Position numbers and translations under genes: made by a program. A DNA stretch of 16,798 nt. Origin: Geosiphon pyriformis uo1 (Eukaryota > Fungi > Glomeromycota). The notes beneath the pieces were generated by a model, which was given only the letters and a program-made list of their open reading frames with translations, did not search any database and was not told the DNA's origin. The DNA is taken from the NCBI GenBank assembly GCA_016748015.1, contig JAAOMT010000355.1, forward strand, positions 1 through 16,798. The letters are read 5' to 3'. Position 1 is the first letter of the stretch, and the number at the start of each line of letters is the position of its first letter. This document shows, one piece after another, positions 1 through 10,156 of the stretch.

Positions 1-2276
1 CATTGAAAAATAAATAACTAATGAAAGGAATAGAATTTTCATTTCGTCTTATAAAGAAAAACCAATTTTTTTGGATTACTATATTCTTATGCTTGACTTT
101 TTCAGCTACAAATTCTTCTGCTGATGAGAAGGAACCCGAGTATCCCGACGCTCCATCATGGCAATTATTTTTTTCACCTGAAAATTTAGTCGACTGGCTC
201 AGAAACGTTCCAATGAATTTAAGGCCTACTCAAACCCAAATAACAAAGAAAACAAGTTTATCATTTTTGTACAAGGTGACAAAATTGGCGCAGCAAATTT
301 ATTGCCTGAACAATCCAGAATCGATGATTGCGCCTGGAATATATGGTAAGTGAAAGAAACATGAGATTAAACTGAAATTATATTAAACGAAACTAATCGA
401 AAGATAAAATTTCGAAAATTTAGTTTGGATATCTCCTCTCACTGAAAAAATTGATTCTCCACACCAAGATAAGATCTATGAGTATTATAAGGAAAAGTGG
501 TCAGGTGACGCAGTAGTCGCAAGGTTTAGGACTCCAGATTTAAATTATAATGAACTTATTAGCATGGGCAAAAAGCCAAAACGGATAGCTCTTCCTTATA
601 ATACACAAGCTATGATATTAGGAGACTTTTTCACAAAATATTGGGATCTTGCAAATAATCAGATCCTTGAAAGATTAAAATATTATGGAAATGGATATTT
701 GGATGAATACGATAATTTTATTTTTACTGGACATGGCGGGGGAGCAGGTAAAAGTTTAAATAAGTAAAAGATGAATTTAAATTATTTCCCTGCCGATTAA
801 TTTTTTATTTCAATTCTTTCATAGTATTGGCAACTTTCGCGGCATTAGTTTTCCAGCATAAGTGGCCTAAAAAGAATATAAAATTGGTAACCTATGGAGC
901 TCCACGCATAGGAAATAGCCAGTTTGTAATGTATTTACAGTCACGATTCTGGGTTGAACGAGTAACAGTCGGTCAAGATCATGTTCCTCTATTCTTTGGA
1001 AACAAATATTTAACTCACACTGCCTATGAAACTTGGATTGCTGAAAATGAAGATTGTGATTGTTCAGATGTTGACGAGAACGTAAAAACAGAGATATACC
1101 GATGTACCATTTTAGTGGGTGGTGAGAATAAGGTTTGGTTGAGCTTTATACTTTGAGAGGGGGGATATAATAAATTCTATTTCTCTTTCTTTTTCTCTTT
1201 ACTCACAATATTTATTCAAATTTCCCCAGAAATGTAACTTAAAATTCGAGAAACCAAAACGCGAGTTTCCAGAACAAAGACAAACTGACCATTTAGGACC
1301 ATATTTCAATTATATAATGTCTCCTGAAGGATGTAGGGGATAAGTTTTACTTCTTGAAATTAAAAGAAACAGTTTTAAACTAAACTCAACATTACCACCT
1401 ATCAAATCTCTGATTTATGCATGTTTCGACCTTGGAATTTTAATTTTTTCTCTAATAATTATATATTTCATGTTAAAAAATTTTTATTTTCAAGCGAAAA
1501 TTAATGATATCTCATCATATATTTGGCGAACAATTGTTGCATTTTATTATTTGAAAATTAATTAATTTAGTGTACATATTTGTTAAAAATATTTACGATA
1601 AGTCATTTTGTTCATAATTAAAAATATTTTTTATCATCTATATAGATATAAACTGTCATATTTTATGTTAATTAGTTTAATTCATAAATTTTTAACAGAA
1701 CAAAAATAAAACTATTTGCAATAAGAATTTAGGTCTTTTAGACGTTGAAATTCCAAAAGATCACTAGTTGATTAGACCATAAAAAATAGATACAATCATC
1801 GATCCTACTCCCTAAGATCAAAAAATTTGCTTATAGAAGTACTTTCTATAATATTATATTTCAATAACAAAATAGGGCAATTTTCAAGTGAAGTAATTTA
1901 TAAGATTGTAGAAAGTAACATACTATATATATTCATAAAAAAAATTATCTCCTGAAAAATTTTAGCTTTTACTTTATAATTGATCATAATTGATCATTTG
2001 TATTCAGGTTATCTGGGCTATGTTTTTTACTTTTTGATCTATTGATATATTTAAGTCTATAGTAAATAATATAAGTGGGAAATTGGTTAGATTGAATGTC
2101 ACATATTCCCCACTTTTAAATTTGTTTCATTTTTATCTATTTGAGAAAAATATTTAAATACAATTACAGTGCATAATATATATATATATATATTGTACTA
2201 TAATCATTACTTAAAACATAAAAATCAGTTGAATGATGTGATGAAATATATTATGTTTAACTCAAAAATCTCATGA
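1..2276 (+). repeat. Left arm of a 2,276-bp inverted repeat
   Basis: CATTGAAAAATAAATAACTA at 1 is the reverse complement of 8565-8584. Identity continues to ...CTCAAAAATCTCATGA (2276), pairing with 6309. The offset sum 8585 held at every point checked. Confidence 0.95.
21..1343 (+). CDS. Secreted class-3 lipase-fold (Lipase_3, alpha/beta-hydrolase) protein, 356 aa, lacking the catalytic Ser; exons 21-345, 424-747, 825-1132, 1230-1343
   Basis: Three GT-AG introns (346-423 GTAAGT..TTAG; 748-824 GTAAAA..ATAG; 1133-1229 GTTTGG..CCAG) join the ORF-track pieces into one open 1071-nt frame. There is a hydrophobic N-terminal segment (FFWITIFLCLTFSA). Lipase_3 motifs occur in order: FTGHGGGAVLATFAA (canonical TGHSLGGALA), VTYGAPRIGN, RVTVGQDHVP (catalytic Asp), HTAYETWI, DHLGPYF (catalytic His). 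Confidence 0.9.
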
Positions 2277-3700
2277 ATGAAATATGTGAATCTTTTACAA
2301 AATAATTTTTATCTGGTTGATTAAAAAACATCCACTGCAATAATTCTGTTATCCGGCTTGAAACAACAATTCTTTGTAGAGATATACTTCGCCTGAGAAT
2401 CGACTTAGCTTTACTGATTTTTGTTTTAATCCAATTAAATTTGGCCTCCGTAAAGAAGGGAAGTAGTTTGATAAATGAATTATCATAGCCAGTTTCTGTT
2501 GAAATAAAGGTAATGAAATCAATCATGAAATACAGCAAAATATCCTCCCTTTTCATATTCCATTCAATCTACGTTTTTTTAAAAAAATAGTGGTGGAATT
2601 TTTAGTATGTACTGTAATGTTACCCTTCCTGATATAACACTCTATAAAGCATTGTTTGGTAATACAGTAAAATCAGCGTACATTTTCTTTCTTTATAGGA
2701 TTCCACCATCAAACTTTGGCCTATCAAATGTTTTACTATTATATATTGTATCATATTTTAACATTGTTCACTTCAAAGAAGCTGTAATAATATCCCACAG
2801 TGCCATTCATTTTTTGAGTAGCCCATTTGATACCCCATATCATTATAGTTTTTGTCATTTTGATAGAGTAGAAGATGAAGACAAATATCAGTTGTTGCAG
2901 GCTCCCAAATGTGACATATACCGAAATTCTTATCATTTTTCTACTTCATAGGATATATTCCGAGAGCCTTTTATTATTGTACTTAAAGCATCTTCAAGAA
3001 AATATCCTAATCTAAAGCCTCCATCGATTGTGGCAAAAGCTGTTGAAAACCAAGAAATTTTTCAATTAAGGCCATGTGCTGGTTTGATATTTTTCGGCAA
3101 AATATGTTCTAAATACAAATTAAATTTGTATTATTTTATTGAAATCCATATTCAAATTTGATATATATGCTATATACATGTACTAACTTACAGGAGCATT
3201 AAAAATAATCCACTCTATTTCAATACCATCATTATGATGATGATGTTGTTGTTGTTACTTAATCTATATCACTATATAAAGTGTCAGGCATTATCTATGT
3301 CATTAATTAACCAGATTTTACCTTTAAGAGTCAATTAACAAAATCTTTGAATCAATTTTATATTCTGCGGAATAATTTATCATAATCTTCCACTAAAAGG
3401 TAATTTGAGTTAAGAGGGTAAGCATGAGCTGTTTCCATATTTCCATAATCATTTAGGGAAACTGTGTCGTTACTATTTAAATACAATTATCCCCTCTTGC
3501 TGCACCATGGCTATGCCAGTACTTTGTCAAATCCCTTTAAATCAATTAGTATTTTTAATTTCAATTGACTATTTGAACAATATTCTGGCATTGATAAAAT
3601 AAATATTCTTTTAAGGATAAATTCATTTTAATCAAAAGACAATCTTAAACTAATTACAGGCAATGGTAGCAGATTTTTCTTCAAGTTTGGACACAGATTT
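2277..3700 (-). pseudogene. Decayed intron-containing gene of unknown family
   Basis: Canonical minus-strand intron 3191-3109 (GTAAGT...TATTTAG). One frame crosses it and reads protein-like (YLNSNDTVSLNDYGNMETAHAYPLNSNYLLVEDYDKLFRRI*...HILPKNIKPAHGLN*KISWFSTAFATIDGGFRLGYFLEDALSTIIKGSRN...), but with many stops. The 99-aa ORF 2257-2556 may be its frameshifted C-terminus. Confidence 0.45.
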
Positions 3701-3849
3701 ATTTTAAAATAATATTAACTTTAAATAGAATATTTGGTTTTCAAAATCAAATATTTTACAAGCTTGAAAATAATTACTAATTTTTAATATCTTTAACCAA
3801 TGTTCAAGAATTAAAAGTGTTATTAAGTTTATAATTTTTAAGAAGATTA

Positions 3850-4214
3850 CTGTAAGTTGCTGACTTATTGACCCTCTTATGATTTATACCCTTTATTAAT
3901 TTATGCTCGGGTACTCTCCAAAAATTTTAATTCAAAGAGTTGTACCCCTATATGATTGGAAATATTCGGGTATAAAAATCAAATTTTAGACCTAAAAATC
4001 AATAAGACGTATAAATTATAGGGTCTAGAAGTTAGCAATTGACATTAATTCATGTTTACATTTGTAATGGCTCTGAAAAATAAATTTTGAGCAGTTTTTT
4101 TAAGGGTGCAACTCATGTATTATACTTCTCAACAATATAGAATCTCTCTACTTAAGTACTCCGAGTACTAAAATAAATAGAAAATTCCCAGATTCATGAG
4201 TCAGCGACTTACAG
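3850..4214. mobile_element. Putative MITE / non-autonomous Tc1-mariner-like element (~365 bp)
   Basis: Left end TA|CTGTAAGTTGCTGACTTAT (3848-3868). Right end ATGAGTCAGCGACTTACAG|CA (4196-4216), whose reverse complement is TG|CTGTAAGTCGCTGACTCAT. The mismatches are transitions. The interior is non-coding, and the TA target duplication is intact on one side only. Confidence 0.6.
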
Positions 4215-6308
4215 CAATGAGTAATAATTATTATTAATTGAAATGGTTATAATGCTAAACTTAAACTCTTTTAATGAATTTTGCATTGATAATCAAACAA
4301 AAAATATTCAAAAAGTCATAAAATTAAATTTTGATGAAATCCTTAAATCGCTGGATTCTTTTTTTTGAAACTTAGAAAAGGTGTGTTTAGGTTTTAAAAT
4401 CATTTTTTTGTCCAATTTCAATGCAAGGTATTTCTTCAGAAATGATATAACTTGATAACTTCTTGATATTTTACAAGCAAATTTTGCATAAAATCACATA
4501 ACATGGTATAAATTCAAATGAAAGCCATATAATTTATTTTTAAAATAATTCTTTAATCTAAAGTGACATTCAATAAAATAATTTTATAAAATTCATACAT
4601 AAAGTGATATTTTCAATTTTAATTTTAAACTAATTTAAATTTTCAAAGTAATATAGTATTATAATAAATTTTAAATCACAAATAAGTTTATTAGAATATT
4701 TTTTAATATTTTGTTATTTATTACCTGAAATATTATTAATTAATTTAAACTAAAAATTAAAAAATGTGTTAATCCGTCTAAACATTGTATTTACGTCCTT
4801 ATTACATGTTCACTTAATAAACAATACAACTTGACTTCCATAATTTCTAAATGAGGTTATCTCAGTGAAAACACTTTAAATATTAAGTTTTTCTTCTTTT
4901 TTATTTGTATATATTAATTTAAATTCATTCTTTAATTGTTATGTCAATAGTATCAACACAAAAACTATAAAATGTGAAGAGAGAAATGCAAAAATTTTTG
5001 ATACTTCCAAAAACGAAAAATCAAGAGAATTAATAATAAAAAGAAATACTAAAACAAATATTAGTAAAAATATCAATTTTAATAATAATAGCCTAGATAA
5101 TTAAACCAATGATATACACATATTTTATTAATAATTTTTTTACAATTATTTAGTTTTTTAATATTGTTGTAAATAACTAATAAGTGCTTGTTGTCTAAAT
5201 ATCAAATTAAAACAAAAAATTTAAAAACTTGAAATAAGCTTTTATATTAAAATTAAGGTTTGTTCTGTTGTCATTAAAAAGGTCTCACAAATTCTCAAGC
5301 ACTATATAATATAATTTTGTTTGTACTTATTTATTTGATAAATGATAACAATATTTGTAATAATTTTATAAAAAAAGTGGCTGAATTATCACTGTTAAAA
5401 TTAAATGATTTAGATTTTTACAAACGTCACATTTTTAAGCTCATAGAATATATAAAAATTTTGCATTTCTAAATTTATTCTCTCCAATTTGGTTTTTAAA
5501 GACATTTATTTAATGGATTAGATTAAAAAACAACAATTTTATTAAACTTATCTCATCTATTTGGAGAAATTTAAAATTTAAGTTCATTAATAAATTATAT
5601 TAAAAGTAAATAATATAATTAACAATTATTTTAGGCTTAAGTGAATTTTTTTAAATGTAAATATGTGTATTATATTCAACAATTATAAAAAAAACTACAG
5701 TTTAATTTTTTAGAAAATGAAAATAGAAAAACAACTTAATCAATAGGTCTACAAAAAGATGTTTTTATATAAGCATTCTTAATAAAAAAAATTAAATTTA
5801 ATAACCTTCAAATTTAAGAATGAACTAAGTAAATCTCACTTGGGCCAAAGAAATTATAAAAAGATATTATGATAAATTAAGATTTCAAAAGAAAAAATGA
5901 TAAAAGAATTGAACCACACGCCCAGCTAAATTACTGTTACCAGATTTTGAATTAGCAAAAGAAAAATTTCTTAAGTTGTCTTCTTTTTGATTTTGTAATG
6001 GCTTAATTTTTATTAATTGTTTTTCATTTTTTCTTTGTACATAAACTTAATGATAACAGACTAAAATAAAACAATATTTATTAATATTAAATATTATTAT
6101 TGAATACTATCATATATATTATTAATAGTACTTTTTTAAATAAAAATTTGATATTCTAGTTAAGTTATTAAGACTGTTAATTTTGTATTTATTACACCAT
6201 TTATTTTGAAATGTTGAAGAAAAGCCAAAAGAATTGTTTGAACATATAAACAGATTTGTTTACAAGAATTTGTGTTAAAAATATTAAAGTATATATAAAA
6301 CATATTAA

Positions 6309-8584
6309 TCATGAGATTTTTGAGTTAAACATAATATATTTCATCACATCATTCAACTGATTTTTATGTTTTAAGTAATGATTATAGTACAATATATATA
6401 TATATATATTATGCACTGTAATTGTATTTAAATATTTTTCTCAAATAGATAAAAATGAAACAAATTTAAAAGTGGGGAATATGTGACATTCAATCTAACC
6501 AATTTCCCACTTATATTATTTACTATAGACTTAAATATATCAATAGATCAAAAAGTAAAAAACATAGCCCAGATAACCTGAATACAAATGATCAATTATG
6601 ATCAATTATAAAGTAAAAGCTAAAATTTTTCAGGAGATAATTTTTTTTATGAATATATATAGTATGTTACTTTCTACAATCTTATAAATTACTTCACTTG
6701 AAAATTGCCCTATTTTGTTATTGAAATATAATATTATAGAAAGTACTTCTATAAGCAAATTTTTTGATCTTAGGGAGTAGGATCGATGATTGTATCTATT
6801 TTTTATGGTCTAATCAACTAGTGATCTTTTGGAATTTCAACGTCTAAAAGACCTAAATTCTTATTGCAAATAGTTTTATTTTTGTTCTGTTAAAAATTTA
6901 TGAATTAAACTAATTAACATAAAATATGACAGTTTATATCTATATAGATGATAAAAAATATTTTTAATTATGAACAAAATGACTTATCGTAAATATTTTT
7001 AACAAATATGTACACTAAATTAATTAATTTTCAAATAATAAAATGCAACAATTGTTCGCCAAATATATGATGAGATATCATTAATTTTCGCTTGAAAATA
7101 AAAATTTTTTAACATGAAATATATAATTATTAGAGAAAAAATTAAAATTCCAAGGTCGAAACATGCATAAATCAGAGATTTGATAGGTGGTAATGTTGAG
7201 TTTAGTTTAAAACTGTTTCTTTTAATTTCAAGAAGTAAAACTTATCCCCTACATCCTTCAGGAGACATTATATAATTGAAATATGGTCCTAAATGGTCAG
7301 TTTGTCTTTGTTCTGGAAACTCGCGTTTTGGTTTCTCGAATTTTAAGTTACATTTCTGGGGAAATTTGAATAAATATTGTGAGTAAAGAGAAAAAGAAAG
7401 AGAAATAGAATTTATTATATCCCCCCTCTCAAAGTATAAAGCTCAACCAAACCTTATTCTCACCACCCACTAAAATGGTACATCGGTATATCTCTGTTTT
7501 TACGTTCTCGTCAACATCTGAACAATCACAATCTTCATTTTCAGCAATCCAAGTTTCATAGGCAGTGTGAGTTAAATATTTGTTTCCAAAGAATAGAGGA
7601 ACATGATCTTGACCGACTGTTACTCGTTCAACCCAGAATCGTGACTGTAAATACATTACAAACTGGCTATTTCCTATGCGTGGAGCTCCATAGGTTACCA
7701 ATTTTATATTCTTTTTAGGCCACTTATGCTGGAAAACTAATGCCGCGAAAGTTGCCAATACTATGAAAGAATTGAAATAAAAAATTAATCGGCAGGGAAA
7801 TAATTTAAATTCATCTTTTACTTATTTAAACTTTTACCTGCTCCCCCGCCATGTCCAGTAAAAATAAAATTATCGTATTCATCCAAATATCCATTTCCAT
7901 AATATTTTAATCTTTCAAGGATCTGATTATTTGCAAGATCCCAATATTTTGTGAAAAAGTCTCCTAATATCATAGCTTGTGTATTATAAGGAAGAGCTAT
8001 CCGTTTTGGCTTTTTGCCCATGCTAATAAGTTCATTATAATTTAAATCTGGAGTCCTAAACCTTGCGACTACTGCGTCACCTGACCACTTTTCCTTATAA
8101 TACTCATAGATCTTATCTTGGTGTGGAGAATCAATTTTTTCAGTGAGAGGAGATATCCAAACTAAATTTTCGAAATTTTATCTTTCGATTAGTTTCGTTT
8201 AATATAATTTCAGTTTAATCTCATGTTTCTTTCACTTACCATATATTCCAGGCGCAATCATCGATTCTGGATTGTTCAGGCAATAAATTTGCTGCGCCAA
8301 TTTTGTCACCTTGTACAAAAATGATAAACTTGTTTTCTTTGTTATTTGGGTTTGAGTAGGCCTTAAATTCATTGGAACGTTTCTGAGCCAGTCGACTAAA
8401 TTTTCAGGTGAAAAAAATAATTGCCATGATGGAGCGTCGGGATACTCGGGTTCCTTCTCATCAGCAGAAGAATTTGTAGCTGAAAAAGTCAAGCATAAGA
8501 ATATAGTAATCCAAAAAAATTGGTTTTTCTTTATAAGACGAAATGAAAATTCTATTCCTTTCATTAGTTATTTATTTTTCAATG
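6309..8584 (-). repeat. Right arm of the 2,276-bp inverted repeat, ending exactly at the N gap
   Basis: Reverse complement of 1-2276. The match breaks at 6308/2277. Confidence 0.95.
7242..8564 (-). CDS. Second, inverted copy of the same lipase-fold gene; exons 8564-8240, 8161-7838, 7760-7453, 7355-7242
   Basis: Reverse complement of 21-1343 (position x maps to 8585-x). The ORF-track translations are identical. It may be an assembly or amplification duplicate rather than a real second locus. Confidence 0.75.
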
Positions 8585-9198
8585 NNNNNNNNNNNNNNNN
8601 NNNNNNNNNNNNNNNNNNNNNNNNNNNNNNNNNNNNNNNNNNNNNNNNNNNNNNNNNNNNNNNNNNNNNNNNNNNNNNNNNNNNNNNNNNNNNNNNNNNN
8701 NNNNNNNNNNNNNNNNNNNNNNNNNNNNNNNNNNNNNNNNNNNNNNNNNNNNNNNNNNNNNNNNNNNNNNNNNNNNNNNNNNNNNNNNNNNNNNNNNNNN
8801 NNNNNNNNNNNNNNNNNNNNNNNNNNNNNNNNNNNNNNNNNNNNNNNNNNNNNNNNNNNNNNNNNNNNNNNNNNNNNNNNNNNNNNNNNNNNNNNNNNNN
8901 NNNNNNNNNNNNNNNNNNNNNNNNNNNNNNNNNNNNNNNNNNNNNNNNNNNNNNNNNNNNNNNNNNNNNNNNNNNNNNNNNNNNNNNNNNNNNNNNNNNN
9001 NNNNNNNNNNNNNNNNNNNNNNNNNNNNNNNNNNNNNNNNNNNNNNNNNNNNNNNNNNNNNNNNNNNNNNNNNNNNNNNNNNNNNNNNNNNNNNNNNNNN
9101 NNNNNNNNNNNNNNNNNNNNNNNNNNNNNNNNNNNNNNNNNNNNNNNNNNNNNNNNNNNNNNNNNNNNNNNNNNNNNNNNNNNNNNNNNNNNNNNNNN
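8585..9198. other. Assembly gap (614 N)
   Basis: Run of N bases. ORF-track entries 8543-9235 and 8572-9300 are artefacts of it. Confidence 1.
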
Positions 9199-9532
9199 TC
9201 TTTTACTAATTATTTTTTCTGTTTTTAAACGTTGATATCCTGAAATTTGTGTAAAACTAATGAATTTTGTCAAGAAAATCAAAAATCTAACCATCAACAA
9301 AGAAAAATCTGAGCTACTAATTTTATCCGTGAGGGAGCTTTTTCTTTATATTTTGTTAGAAGAACAACACGGGTGTAAAATTCATTTTGTTGCGACTAGT
9401 AAAACTTTTTTAACAGCTAAAGAATTATCTATTTGGAGAATCTAAAATTTTCATTTTGGAGATGAAATTTATTTTAGGTTTCACCTGATCGAGGCTCAAT
9501 TTGAAAGTAAAAGTAAATAGTTTTATAAACTA

Positions 9533-9718
9533 CTAAGAAGTTTTGATTTTGAGTATTTCAGTAAGAAACGGAGGGCGCGCAGGACCACCCAAATTGTTGA
9601 CAACAGGGGCAGCACGGCGTTTATCGAGTTCTTTGGGTGCTGGAATTGCTGAGGCGAGACCATAGAACAAAATAATAGTGACGATAAAGTTTACCAAGAA
9701 ATACTGTAAGACTTTCAT
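9533..9718 (-). CDS. Small secreted prepropeptide (61 aa) with a Kex2-type dibasic site
   Basis: MKVLQYFLVNFIVTIILFYGLASA (signal peptide ending A-S-A), then IPAPKELDKR, then RAAPVVNNLGGPARPPFLTEILKIKTS, then tandem stops TAG TAG. The ORF is GC- and CpG-rich relative to its flanks, and TATAAAA lies ~120 bp upstream. Confidence 0.8.
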   Translation of the reverse strand: MKVLQYFLVNFIVTIILFYGLASAIPAPKELDKRRAAPVVNNLGGPARPPFLTEILKIKTS

Positions 9719-9835
9719 GATTTCTGTTGTTTTTAAATAATAGCTTAGTTGAAATAAGCAGTTAATATTGATCGAGGATTTATATCTTCTTGAAACTGTA
9801 TAATTTTCTCCAATAAAAAAGTGGTTATCGTGCTA

Positions 9836-9842
9836 TTTTATA
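9836..9842 (-). promoter_or_regulatory. Candidate TATA box of the peptide gene
   Basis: The minus strand reads CCTATAAAATAG about 118 bp upstream of the ATG at 9718. The AT-rich background weakens this. Confidence 0.4.
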
Positions 9843-10090
9843 GGAAAACTTTTAATAGGTTTTTTATTTAATATAATCACTACTTTATAACTTTTCTTAT
9901 TTTTATAGAATATATACATGGTGAATTCTTGTATTTTTGATACTTCTAAGTTTAGCAATGAATACACAATCGATATTAATACTTTTCTAATAATCAAGCT
10001 AGCGAAATTTAGAAGTATTTTTGAAATACCTGTTAACTTTAAATCAAATTTAGCGTTAATATTTAAATGTCGATTGAGTCGATTTTTTAT

Positions 10091-10156
10091 TACTTAAATT
10101 CCCATACGCCGACAATGAAAACTACTTAAAATGTCATATGGGTGACAATGAAAACT
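10091..10156. repeat. Degenerate ~33-bp tandem duplication upstream of the peptide gene
   Basis: GACAATGAAAACT occurs exactly at 10111-10123 and 10144-10156, each preceded by TACTTAAA...CATAYG. Confidence 0.7.

Noticed and set aside
1976-2192. ATAATTGATC tandem, AAGTGGGAA/TTCCCCACTT short inverted pair and (TA)n tract, mirrored in the right arm
   Set aside because: Short or low-complexity features expected by chance in AT-rich DNA.
2607-2951. ORFs 2607-2951 (+) and 2751-2936 (-)
   Set aside because: Probably shadow frames of the minus-strand fossil gene; no recognisable motifs.
4220-6308. Extremely AT-rich stretch (also ~10340-10930) as a centromere/origin or coding relic
   Set aside because: No periodic repeat or convincing frame; most simply heavily decayed repeat DNA.
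1-8584. Linear plasmid, Polinton or giant transposon with 2.3-kb TIRs
   Set aside because: No polymerase, integrase or transposase was seen in the spacer. The arms hold an intron-containing cellular gene and end at contig limits.
8543-9300. Long ORFs 8543-9235 (+) and 8572-9300 (-)
   Set aside because: They are open only because they cross the N gap.
9260-9445. 61-aa plus-strand ORF
   Set aside because: No motif, signal peptide or compositional support; probably chance.
9536-9616. CLE/CEP/IDA plant peptide mimic
   Set aside because: It lacks the CLE pattern (RxxPxGPxPxH[N/H]) and the terminal His/Asn motifs of CEP and IDA. The resemblance is limited to Gly/Pro content.
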